Assembly (NCBI GenBank): GCA_026387435.1
Contig: JAPLLS010000046.1
Span: forward strand, 1-58,678
Reading direction: 5' to 3'
DNA length: 58,678 nucleotides
Source of the DNA: Candidatus Omnitrophota bacterium
GTDB taxonomy: Bacteria; Omnitrophota; Gorgyraeia; Gygaellales; Profunditerraquicolaceae
A program made the translations under genes and the position numbers. This document shows, piece by piece, positions 39,400-48,095 of this stretch. The notes under the pieces were generated by a model. It saw only the letters and a list, made by a program, of their open reading frames with translations. It was not told where the DNA came from and searched no databases. Positions within the stretch are counted from its first letter, which is position 1, and each line of letters begins with the position of its first letter.

Positions 39400-39637
39400 T
39401 AAGGTACAGAAGGTGGGGATCAAAAGAGAAAAGGGATTCCTTTATTACCTGGATAAGCAGGGTGATGTTTCTTGCGCGAAAATGGCAAGAGGCAAAAATA
39501 AGGGAGGAAAACCTAAGAAAGTAGCCAAATGCGGTATCAAGAGAAAAGAGGGCTATCTCTACTTCATCGACAAAGCAGGTGATGTCTCTTGCGCTAAGAT
39601 GGTAAGAGGCGGAAAGAAGAAGAAGAGTAAGAAATAA
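39398..39637 (+). CDS. Small very basic protein with an internal duplicated ~31-aa module; start codon/RBS apparently missing
   Basis: KVQKVGIKREKGFLYYLDKQGDVSCAKMARG and KVAKCGIKRKEGYLYFIDKAGDVSCAKMVRG. Confidence 0.7.
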   Translation, partial: DKVQKVGIKREKGFLYYLDKQGDVSCAKMARGKNKGGKPKKVAKCGIKRKEGYLYFIDKAGDVSCAKMVRGGKKKKSKK

Positions 39638-39647
39638 GTGTCCTTGA

Positions 39648-39698
39648 AAGAATGAAGCCTCTGTTGAAATTACTTCTTTCGGCAGGGGCTTCATTCTT
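39648..39698. terminator. Long hairpin/terminator between the basic protein gene and uvrA
   Basis: AAGAATGAAGCCTCTGTTGAAA / TTTCGGCAGGGGCTTCATTCTT with G-U pairs. Confidence 0.65.
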
Positions 39699-39712
39699 AT
39701 AATACTAAAAAT

Positions 39713-42511
39713 ATGGAAGAATTTATCGTAATCAGGGGAGCTAAGGAACACAATCTTAAGAGTATTGACCTGAAGCTGCCCCGCAATAAATTTATCGTGG
39801 TTACCGGGCTATCCGGCTCGGGAAAGTCCAGCCTTGCCTTTGACACTATTTATGCCGAAGGCCAGCGCCGTTATGTGGAGAGCCTTTCCAGCTATGCCCG
39901 TCAGTTCTTGGAGCAGCTGCAAAAGCCGGACGTGGAATACATCGAAGGGCTGTCCCCGGCTATATCCATAGAGCAGCGTAATGCCGGCGCGAATCCCCGT
40001 TCCACGGTCGCCACGCAGACCGAGATCTACGATTATCTGCGGCTTCTTTTCGCCCGGGTAGGCCATGCTCACTGTTATAAATGCGGCCAACCGGTAGAGC
40101 GGCAGAGCGCCCAGGAAATAGTCCAAAGGGTAAACGTTATTTTCGCGGATAAGCCGGTGCAGGTTTTAGCGCCGTTCGTTCAAGGTAAAAAAGGCGAATA
40201 CAGGGATATTTCCAACCAGGTCCAGAAAGCGGGATTCGTGCGCTGCCGCATCGACGGAAAAGTCTTTGAGCTGCCCATAAAAGTCAAGCTGGAAAAATAT
40301 AAGATCCATAATATCGAAGTCGTTGTCGACCGTCTTAAAATTACCCCCGAAAATACCAGCCGCCTTACGGATTCCGTGGAAACCGCGCTTAAGACTTCCA
40401 AAGGATCGGTGATCATCAGCCCCGGAGACAACCCGGCAAATGATATCGTTTTTAGCGAGAAATACGCCTGCGCCAAGTGCGGGATCGATATCTCCGAGAT
40501 CGAACCGCGTCTTTTTTCTTTTAATTCTCCTTATGGTGCCTGTCCCGCTTGCAATGGATTGGGGATAAAACTGGAATTCGACCCGGACCTGGTCATCCCG
40601 GATAAGACCAAATCCATTAACGAAGGGGCGATTGCGCCCTGGAAACGCGGAGGCCGGGGCTATATTCTTTATTACCGTTGGCTTTTGCGGGAGTTATCCC
40701 ATAAATTGAGCTTTAGCCTGGACACCCCTTTCAATAAATTACCTAAAGATATCGCCAATGCCATTCTCTACGGCAGTGAGGAATATGCCGGCAGCAAACC
40801 GTTTGAAGGAGTCATTCCGCATTTAGAAAGGCTTTTTAAGGAATCCGACAGTGATTATCTTAAAGAAGAGATCCAAAAATTCATGTCCAGCCTGCCTTGT
40901 CCGCAATGTGACGGTGCCCGGCTTAAAAAAGAGGCGTTGGCAGTAACCATTAATAAGAAGAATATTTCCCAGGTGGTCAATATGCCGATCAAAGAGGCGC
41001 AGGAGTTTTTCCGCGCTTTGAGCTTCAATGAAACCGAGAAACTGATCGCTGTTCAGATATTAAAAGAAGTGATAGCCCGGCTGCAGTTTTGCATCGATGT
41101 GGGGCTGGATTATTTGACCCTGGAGCGAAAAAGCGCCACCCTTTCCGGAGGAGAAGCGCAAAGAGTAAGGCTTGCCACTCAAGTGGGTTCGGGGCTGGTG
41201 GGAGTTTTGTATATCCTGGATGAGCCGAGCATCGGGTTGCACCCTAAAGATACGGCGAAGCTTATCGCCACCCTAAAGAAACTAAGGGACTTGGGCAATA
41301 CCCTGATCGTGGTCGAGCACGATGAATCTTTGATCCGTTCTTCGGATTACGTGGTTGATTTGGGGCCGGGAGCCGGACGCCACGGAGGAGAAGTGATATT
41401 CTCGGGTCCCCTGGATGATCTGTTGAAAAATAAGAATTCGCTTACCGCAAAATATTTGCGCCGGGAATTTTCCATCCCAATGCCTTTGAACCGCAGGAGC
41501 TGGAAAGCAAATAAGTTCCTGGAGATCAAGGGGGCGTGCGAGCATAATTTAAAAAACATCGACGTGAAATTCCCGCTGGGCAATTTCATCTGTGTCAGCG
41601 GAGTTTCCGGATCGGGGAAATCAACCCTGATCCAGGATATACTCTCCAAGAGCCTGATGAGAAAAATTTACCTTTCTAAAGAAAAACCCGGTGCCTGCAA
41701 AAAAGTCTTAGGGATGGAGAATATCGATAAAGTGATCATCGTTGACCAGTCGCCTATCGGCAGGACCCCGCGTTCCAACCCGGCCACTTATACCGGGATA
41801 TTCACTCAGATCCGGGATATTTTCAGCCGGCTGCCCGAGTCCAGGGTGCGCGGTTTTAAACCGGGCAGGTTTTCTTTTAACGTTAAAGGCGGCCGGTGCG
41901 AAGCCTGCACCGGAGACGGGATCAAGAAGATTGAGATGCATTTTCTTCCAGATGTTTACGTCAAGTGCGGCGTATGCTCCGGCCGGCGTTTTAACGAGGC
42001 CACGCTGCAGATAAAATACAAGGGCAAATCCATAGCCGACGTTCTGGAGATGACCGTCGAAGAAGGGCTTAACCTTTTCGAGAATATAAGCTCCATCAAG
42101 AATCCTCTTCTAACTCTTTACGAAGTCGGCTTAGGCTATATCCAGCTGGGGCAATCCGCGACTACCCTTTCCGGCGGAGAGGCTCAGCGGATCAAGTTAT
42201 CTGCCGAGCTCTCTAAGCGCGCCACCGGAAAGACGGTTTATATCCTGGATGAGCCCACTACCGGGCTGCATTTTGCCGACGTGGAAAGATTGGTCGCGGT
42301 CCTGCAGAGGCTGGTTGACCGCGGCAATACCGTGATTGTTATCGAGCATAACCTGGAAGTGCTCAAATGCGCGGATTACCTTATCGATCTGGGTCCGGAG
42401 GGAGGGGACCGGGGCGGCAATCTGGTGGCCAGCGGCAGCCCGGAAGATTTAGTTAAAGCGGCCGGATCTTATACCGGGGAGTTCTTAAGAAAGGTATTGA
42501 ATAACCGTTGA
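39713..42511 (+). CDS. uvrA: Excinuclease ABC subunit A
   Basis: Two ABC modules ([26 protein letters not shown]) and Zn fingers. Confidence 0.98.
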   Translation: MEEFIVIRGAKEHNLKSIDLKLPRNKFIVVTGLSGSGKSSLAFDTIYAEGQRRYVESLSSYARQFLEQLQKPDVEYIEGLSPAISIEQRNAGANPRSTVATQTEIYDYLRLLFARVGHAHCYKCGQPVERQSAQEIVQRVNVIFADKPVQVLAPFVQGKKGEYRDISNQVQKAGFVRCRIDGKVFELPIKVKLEKYKIHNIEVVVDRLKITPENTSRLTDSVETALKTSKGSVIISPGDNPANDIVFSEKYACAKCGIDISEIEPRLFSFNSPYGACPACNGLGIKLEFDPDLVIPDKTKSINEGAIAPWKRGGRGYILYYRWLLRELSHKLSFSLDTPFNKLPKDIANAILYGSEEYAGSKPFEGVIPHLERLFKESDSDYLKEEIQKFMSSLPCPQCDGARLKKEALAVTINKKNISQVVNMPIKEAQEFFRALSFNETEKLIAVQILKEVIARLQFCIDVGLDYLTLERKSATLSGGEAQRVRLATQVGSGLVGVLYILDEPSIGLHPKDTAKLIATLKKLRDLGNTLIVVEHDESLIRSSDYVVDLGPGAGRHGGEVIFSGPLDDLLKNKNSLTAKYLRREFSIPMPLNRRSWKANKFLEIKGACEHNLKNIDVKFPLGNFICVSGVSGSGKSTLIQDILSKSLMRKIYLSKEKPGACKKVLGMENIDKVIIVDQSPIGRTPRSNPATYTGIFTQIRDIFSRLPESRVRGFKPGRFSFNVKGGRCEACTGDGIKKIEMHFLPDVYVKCGVCSGRRFNEATLQIKYKGKSIADVLEMTVEEGLNLFENISSIKNPLLTLYEVGLGYIQLGQSATTLSGGEAQRIKLSAELSKRATGKTVYILDEPTTGLHFADVERLVAVLQRLVDRGNTVIVIEHNLEVLKCADYLIDLGPEGGDRGGNLVASGSPEDLVKAAGSYTGEFLRKVLNNR

Positions 42512-42535
42512 AGTAGTGGTATAGTTTAAATTCCA

Positions 42536-45028
42536 ATGAATAAAATCACGTTTAAAAAATCAATTTTACTTATTTTGGTTTGTGGATTTTTGTTATCCTG
42601 CGGATTGCCTGTTTCTGCGCAGGAAGGCAAGGAAGAAGAGTCGCTTTTTGTGGCCCAGAAGGCTTTTGACGACGGGTTTTATGACGTGGCCCTGTCGCTT
42701 CTGGAGCGGTTTGGGAAAAATTATCCTTCCTCGAACAAATTCGCCGAAGTAAACCTTTTGATCGGCGAATGTTATTTCCACCAGAACAAATTCCTCGATG
42801 CTTTGAATACTTTCGAATCCCTCCTGGCCCAGCCGGCCGGCCAGCGGGTCAAAGACGCGGTGCTTTATTGGATAGCCGAGGTGCATTTCCGGGGGAATAA
42901 TTTCTCCAAGGCCGCAACTTACTACAAAATGATCATCGACGATTTTCCCAACTCGACTTATTTGGCCAGCGCTTATTATTCCATGGGCTGGTGCCTTTTT
43001 CAGGAACAAAAATTCGAGGAAGCGATCAATTATTTCAAGATCGTGGAAGAAAAATTCCCCCGCCAGTCCCAGGTCCAGGAAGCGTCTTTTAAGATCCTGG
43101 AATGCCTTTATAACTTGAAAGATTATTCCGGGCTTAAAGAGCGGATCAAATCGAACATGAAGATGTATTCTAAAGACAGCGCCAAGGTTCCTTATCTGCA
43201 GTTTTATCTGGCGGAAGCGGAGTATTACCTGAATAATTTACAGGAAGCGGCGGATAGCTATTCCAAGGTATTAACGGGGGTCGTTGAGCCGAAGCTGCAG
43301 GCTTTATCCCGGCTGGGTTTAGCCTGGACTAATCTTAAAATGAAAAATTACCAGCAGGCCGGAGATAATTTCAATCAGGTCCTCACGGATTCGTTGGACA
43401 AACGCAGCCGGGATGTTTTATACCTGGGCAAAGCCGCGATGTATTCCGAAACCGACAAATGGCAGGAAGCCAAGAACGCCTACGACGAGCTTGTGATTTC
43501 GAGTTCCGAACCGCTGACTTTAGTCCAGGGATATCTCGGTAAAGCCGATTCCCTGTATAACCTGGGTAATTTTAAAGAGTCTATCGCGGCCTATAAGGAG
43601 GCAGCAGAAAGGTCTGAATCCGCCTCGGTCCCCAATGAAATGCTGGACAAGCTGCACTACGGCCTGGCCTGGGCTTACCTTAAAGACGGCCGGTTCAAGG
43701 AAGCGATCGTGGAATTCCAAAAGATAGTCAAACAGAGCGAGGATAAAATATTCAAGGTAAGCGCGCTTTGCCAGATAGGGGACGCTTACCAGGATTCCGG
43801 GGATTACCAGAAAGCTCAGGAGGCTTATGAGACTATCCTGCGGGATTATCCGGACAGTCTTTACAGCGATTATGTCCAGTACCAGACCGGGCTGATCATG
43901 CTTAAGCTTTCTAATTACGATGGAGCGATCTTGAGTCTGTCAAATTTTAAAAGGAATTTTCCCAGCTCGAAACTGGTTGATAACGCTGCCTACTCTTTGG
44001 GGCTGGCTTATTTTCAGAAACAAGATTATAATTCCAGCAAAGAGATCTTTCAGAAATTCCCGGATGAATTCCCCAATTCCGGATTAAAGTCCCAGGCCAG
44101 CTATCTTTTGGGAACAAGCCTTTATAATATCGGCGATTTCAGCGGAGCCATCGAAGTGTTCAAGAATATCATCAGGTTCAACGGAGCCGACATTGAGCTT
44201 GTCCAGAAAGCCGAATACGAAATAGCTGATTGCTATTACCGCCTGGGAAACGAGAAAGAAGCTATGGCCAGGTTCAATATGCTCAGGGTCAAGTATCCTG
44301 ATTCGAGCTTGACCGCGGAGATCATGTGGTGGCTGGGAGAGTATTACTACCGGCAAAACGACCTGAATCTGGCTTTGCGTTATTTTTCTTCTTTGATCCA
44401 GGATTTTCCCTCCAGCACCATAATCCCCGATGCCTATTACGCCCTGGGTTCGATTTATGCCGAGGAAGGAAAATTTCCCGAAGCCATAGATAATTTCAAC
44501 AAGGTCATTGAATTGAGCAAGTCCGATCTTGCCGGCCAGGCTTCCGTCGCCATCGCCGATATCTACGTAAAACAGGAAAAATTCGATAAAGCAATAGAAG
44601 CTTACAAGGACAAAGTTAAGGTTTATCCTAACCTTTCGCATTTGATATTCCCCAAGATCGGCGAAATTCTTTACAAGCTGGCCAAATACGACGAAGCGCT
44701 GGAATTCTATCAGAAAAGCCTGGACGTGGTGCCATTGCGGGAAATGGCGGATATCCATTTCAAGATCGCAGAAATCTACCAGGCCCAGGGTAAGGCGGAT
44801 GAGGCGAGTGTTGAGTATTTGAAAGTCACTTATCTTTACCCGGATAACAAAGAGTTGAACGTGAAATCCCTGCTGCGGGTAGCCCAGATCTACGAAGAAA
44901 AAGAAAATTTTATGGAAGCGGAGAATATTTATAAAAAGATAGTTTCCCTGGATGTGGCGGAATCAAAGTTCGCCAGAGAAAGGCTGGAAGCTATCCAGGC
45001 CAGCCCTAAAGGGTTAAAGTCAAAATAA
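42536..45028 (+). CDS. Exported tetratricopeptide repeat protein
   Basis: Signal peptide/possible lipobox LLSC; many TPR pairs ending in (F/Y)P(N/D/S)S. Confidence 0.88.
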   Translation: MNKITFKKSILLILVCGFLLSCGLPVSAQEGKEEESLFVAQKAFDDGFYDVALSLLERFGKNYPSSNKFAEVNLLIGECYFHQNKFLDALNTFESLLAQPAGQRVKDAVLYWIAEVHFRGNNFSKAATYYKMIIDDFPNSTYLASAYYSMGWCLFQEQKFEEAINYFKIVEEKFPRQSQVQEASFKILECLYNLKDYSGLKERIKSNMKMYSKDSAKVPYLQFYLAEAEYYLNNLQEAADSYSKVLTGVVEPKLQALSRLGLAWTNLKMKNYQQAGDNFNQVLTDSLDKRSRDVLYLGKAAMYSETDKWQEAKNAYDELVISSSEPLTLVQGYLGKADSLYNLGNFKESIAAYKEAAERSESASVPNEMLDKLHYGLAWAYLKDGRFKEAIVEFQKIVKQSEDKIFKVSALCQIGDAYQDSGDYQKAQEAYETILRDYPDSLYSDYVQYQTGLIMLKLSNYDGAILSLSNFKRNFPSSKLVDNAAYSLGLAYFQKQDYNSSKEIFQKFPDEFPNSGLKSQASYLLGTSLYNIGDFSGAIEVFKNIIRFNGADIELVQKAEYEIADCYYRLGNEKEAMARFNMLRVKYPDSSLTAEIMWWLGEYYYRQNDLNLALRYFSSLIQDFPSSTIIPDAYYALGSIYAEEGKFPEAIDNFNKVIELSKSDLAGQASVAIADIYVKQEKFDKAIEAYKDKVKVYPNLSHLIFPKIGEILYKLAKYDEALEFYQKSLDVVPLREMADIHFKIAEIYQAQGKADEASVEYLKVTYLYPDNKELNVKSLLRVAQIYEEKENFMEAENIYKKIVSLDVAESKFARERLEAIQASPKGLKSK

Positions 45029-45052
45029 CAGCGCCATAAGGGGGGGTATCAA

Positions 45053-45685
45053 ATGGACTTATACAAGATGAGTTTTTGGCAGATGATCCTTGCCGGCAAA
45101 GCGGTGATGTGGCCGATAATCCTTTGTTCGGTTTTGGCATTGGCGATTGTTCTGGAAAGGTTGAGGTATTTTAAATCCATCAAGATCGATACCCAGCAGT
45201 TCCTATTAGGGATCTTTGAGCAGCTCAAGCGCCATCAGATAAAAGAAGCGCTGCAGCTTTGCGATAAGGCCAAACACCCTATGGCGCATATCCTCAAGGC
45301 CGGCATTCTTAAATACGACCGGCCTCGTTCCCAGATCAAAGAAGTCATGGAAGATGCTTCTTTGTATGAGATCCCTAAACTGGAAAAAAACCTTTTGGCG
45401 CTGGCGACTATCGCGCATATTGCACCGCTCTTGGGCCTTCTGGGCACAGCCACGGGCATGGTCCGTTGTTTTCAGGCGATCTCGATTAAATCAGCCGGCC
45501 TGAATACTATCGCCATAGCTGATCTTTCGGCCGGGATATGGGAAGCCTTGTTGACTACGGTCGCCGGTTTGGTTGTGGCTATACCGGCATATGTGGCTTA
45601 TAATTATCTGGTCAGCCTGGTCAACAGCGCGATCCTGGAAATGGAGAAGGCCGGTGCGGAATTGATCAATTTTCTGGCCGAGTGA
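45053..45685 (+). CDS. MotA/TolQ/ExbB proton channel protein
   Basis: APLLGLLGTATGM and EALLTTVAGL motifs. Confidence 0.92.
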   Translation: MDLYKMSFWQMILAGKAVMWPIILCSVLALAIVLERLRYFKSIKIDTQQFLLGIFEQLKRHQIKEALQLCDKAKHPMAHILKAGILKYDRPRSQIKEVMEDASLYEIPKLEKNLLALATIAHIAPLLGLLGTATGMVRCFQAISIKSAGLNTIAIADLSAGIWEALLTTVAGLVVAIPAYVAYNYLVSLVNSAILEMEKAGAELINFLAE

Positions 45686-45700
45686 CGCGAGGGCGAACTT

Positions 45701-46102
45701 ATGCATTTTAAGAGGCGTTTACTTTACGAGCAGGGGCTTAAACAAATGGATATCGCCCCGTTGATAAACATCATTTTCCTGCTTCTAATATTCATCCTGC
45801 TTATCCTGGGTTTTACGGGATTGCCGGGTATCAGTGTCAGTTTGCCGGGATTGGCGACAAGTGCTAACTTCAGGGCCCGCAACCTGGAGATCGTCGTTAA
45901 CAGGCAAGGTGTGATATTATATAAAGGAAAAGAAGTTTCTTCCCAGGAGCTTCGCGGATTGCTGGTTCAATTGCCGTTGTCAAAAACGGCGGTTTTGATC
46001 AAGGCGGATAAAGCTGTACCGCTGACCAGCGTGATGGAGCTTTGGAAAATCTGTCAGGAGCTTGGGCTGCAGCAGGTAAATATCGCTACTACCAGAGAAT
46101 GA
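45701..46102 (+). CDS. ExbD/TolR family protein (TM Asp replaced by Asn)
   Basis: DIAPLINIIFLLLIF TM and IKADK motif; follows ExbB. Confidence 0.88.
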   Translation: MHFKRRLLYEQGLKQMDIAPLINIIFLLLIFILLILGFTGLPGISVSLPGLATSANFRARNLEIVVNRQGVILYKGKEVSSQELRGLLVQLPLSKTAVLIKADKAVPLTSVMELWKICQELGLQQVNIATTRE

Positions 46103-46725
46103 TAAGAGCTATTTTAAGAAATACGGTCATAATTTCATCTCTCGGCCATTTGCTGGTTTTGGGAATGTTCAGTTTTTCTTTTAATTCCAGCAAACCGGGC
46201 AATTTGGAGCCGGCTTTGATATTCTGGGGCCAGATCTTACCTAAGGCGGCGCTTGATTTCAGGGGCTTTGGTTCGGATGTCCGCCAGGCGATAAACCCGA
46301 AACTGGATACTGTTTTGCCAAAAAGACTTAGCCCGGAATCCAGCCTATCAATGAAATACAGTTTAAAGCCTGGGGTTGAGTTGCCTTTTAATACTGAAAA
46401 ACCGGCTTTTACCCCGCCGGATGTTATTCCCGAGTTCGTGCCACAGAAGAGAGACAGCCCGATCATGTTCCATCCAATGCTGCCTTATCAGTTACAGCTT
46501 TATTTCAAAGACCGGCAGGCGGTGCATATTGAGCTGATGTTCAATATAGTGTCGCTGAGGGAGAAAAATTCGATCCTGATCAAAAGAAAGATCTCATCCG
46601 GGAATCTGGAGGCGGATCTTTTAAGTTCCAGGTATATCAACCACTATCTTTTCATTCAACAGGCAAGGTTTTCCCGGGACAATTGGCAGACGGTAAAAAT
46701 CGACCTTTCGAGTAAAAATGATTAA
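46099..46725 (+). CDS. Putative TonB/TolA-like energy transducer
   Basis: N-terminal TM with SxxxH (SSLGH), Pro-containing linker, C-terminal ISSGNLEAD; follows exbBD. Confidence 0.5.
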   Translation: MIRAILRNTVIISSLGHLLVLGMFSFSFNSSKPGNLEPALIFWGQILPKAALDFRGFGSDVRQAINPKLDTVLPKRLSPESSLSMKYSLKPGVELPFNTEKPAFTPPDVIPEFVPQKRDSPIMFHPMLPYQLQLYFKDRQAVHIELMFNIVSLREKNSILIKRKISSGNLEADLLSSRYINHYLFIQQARFSRDNWQTVKIDLSSKND

Positions 46726-46948
46726 TCTGGATTTTACCTTTGCAGTCGCAGGCTACTCGGTGATATTCTTGTCGATAATCTTTATTCTCTGGCTTACCGG
46801 CAAGAAACTTAAAGATAAAGACTTATTGTTGGACGATAAATTCCTTTGGTACTGCTGGGTCTGCACCTACACTTATATAAGTACAAAAGAAGAACCGATC
46901 TCAAGGTGCCCCCGCTGCGGCAGTTATAACAAAAAAACATTGACATAA
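46718..46948 (+). CDS. Small membrane protein with CxxC...CxxC zinc ribbon
   Basis: N-terminal TM, CWVC and CPRC. Confidence 0.7.
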   Translation: MINLDFTFAVAGYSVIFLSIIFILWLTGKKLKDKDLLLDDKFLWYCWVCTYTYISTKEEPISRCPRCGSYNKKTLT

Positions 46949-46968
46949 AGAACTTTTATTCATAGAAT
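46940..46968 (+). promoter_or_regulatory. Sigma70-type promoter
   Basis: TTGACA-17-TAGAAT; AGGAGG RBS follows. Confidence 0.7.
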
Positions 46969-46989
46969 GTTCTTTAGGAGGTAGTATCT

Positions 46990-47196
46990 ATGATTACCGA
47001 AATAGGGATTGTGGCAGGCGAAATATGGCATTTTCTTGATTCTCACGGAGTGGTAAGTCTTTCGGCTTTAGTCAAAGGCATAGACCGGCCGCGGGATAAT
47101 GTGCTTATGAGTCTGGGATGGCTTGCCAGGGAAAGCCATGTGATCCTACAAAAAGAAGAGAACGATTACATCGTTTCTCTTAGAAAGAACGCTTAA
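46990..47196 (+). CDS. Small winged-helix protein (DUF2582-like)
   Basis: IGIVAGEIWHFL...LGWLARE pattern. Confidence 0.75.
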   Translation: MITEIGIVAGEIWHFLDSHGVVSLSALVKGIDRPRDNVLMSLGWLARESHVILQKEENDYIVSLRKNA

Positions 47197-47197
47197 G

Positions 47198-47602
47198 ATG
47201 AATAAAAAAGGGGTAGCTTTGTATTTTGTCCTGGCAATACTTTTAGTGGTAGTTATATTGGCTAACATTGTTTTGAATTTCGTTTCCAGCCAGCAAAGGC
47301 TGACCACTCATCAAGTCAAGCGGGTTCAGGCTTATTATGCGGCCCAGGCCGGGGTTAATTATGCCCTGGAACAATTGAGATTAAACAATACTCCCTATAA
47401 TGCTATTGCCGGAGGTAATTTCACGATTTGCGGGAGTAGTTATAAATTAAGTAATCCCGCTATTTGTAACGGTGCCGGCAATATTACCGAAACCTCATTT
47501 CCGGCTTCGATCAACTATGTTCAGATATTCATCGGCCCGTTAGATGCCACAAACAACAACCGGACGGTTAACGCGACAGTCAACTATACCTCGGCGTTTT
47601 AA
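47198..47602 (+). CDS. PilX/GspK-like minor pilin
   Basis: KKG|VAL prepilin leader without E5, hydrophobic helix, QAYYAAQAGV motif. Confidence 0.75.
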   Translation: MNKKGVALYFVLAILLVVVILANIVLNFVSSQQRLTTHQVKRVQAYYAAQAGVNYALEQLRLNNTPYNAIAGGNFTICGSSYKLSNPAICNGAGNITETSFPASINYVQIFIGPLDATNNNRTVNATVNYTSAF

Positions 47603-47690
47603 TTCTAATTTACCTTTTATTAGTCCGCTGTTTTAAATAATCTTTCCTGATTTATGTTTGTTAATCCCCTAATAATTCCTTTCAAGTCCG

Positions 47691-47854
47691 CTTAAGCTTT
47701 TAACCAAGCTTGAGTAAGTTTAAGTAAGTTTATTATAATTTAAATATGTTTATATTAAAAAAAGTAAAATAAAAGTGTATTTTATAAGTATAATGTGATT
47801 TAATTAAGATTTTTATAAAAAATACTTGACAAAATATATCTTTTATGATTTAAT
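47691..47854 (+). promoter_or_regulatory. AT-rich regulatory region of the pilus operon with phased repeats and promoter
   Basis: GAGTAAGTTT/AAGTAAGTTT at 47712/47722; TTGACA 47826 + 17 + TTTAAT with TG extension. Confidence 0.6.
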
Positions 47855-47894
47855 TAACATTAAGCTAATTGGTAATGAAATAGGGAAGGATAGA

Positions 47895-48095
47895 ATGACT
47901 AGGTTTGCGACGAGATTAATGAATATTGAAGAACTTGCCGACTACTTAAGAATTCAGCGCCAGACGATCTATAATTGGCTGAACCAGGGTAAGATTGCGG
48001 GGATTAAAGTCGGCGGAGTGTGGCGTTTTGACCGTAAAGATGTTGATGATTGGTTGAACAGCAGAAGGCGCTCAACTAGAACCGGAGATAAATAA
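47895..48095 (+). CDS. Excisionase/BldC-like MerR-type HTH (HTH_17) protein
   Basis: LMNIEELADYLRIQRQTIYNW...GKIAGIKVGGVWRF; RBS-supported ATG at 47895. Confidence 0.88.
   Translation: MTRFATRLMNIEELADYLRIQRQTIYNWLNQGKIAGIKVGGVWRFDRKDVDDWLNSRRRSTRTGDK

Noticed and set aside
47895-48095. Prophage or integrative element marked by an excisionase
   Set aside because: No integrase, att site, tRNA or phage genes; the gene is coupled to pilM.
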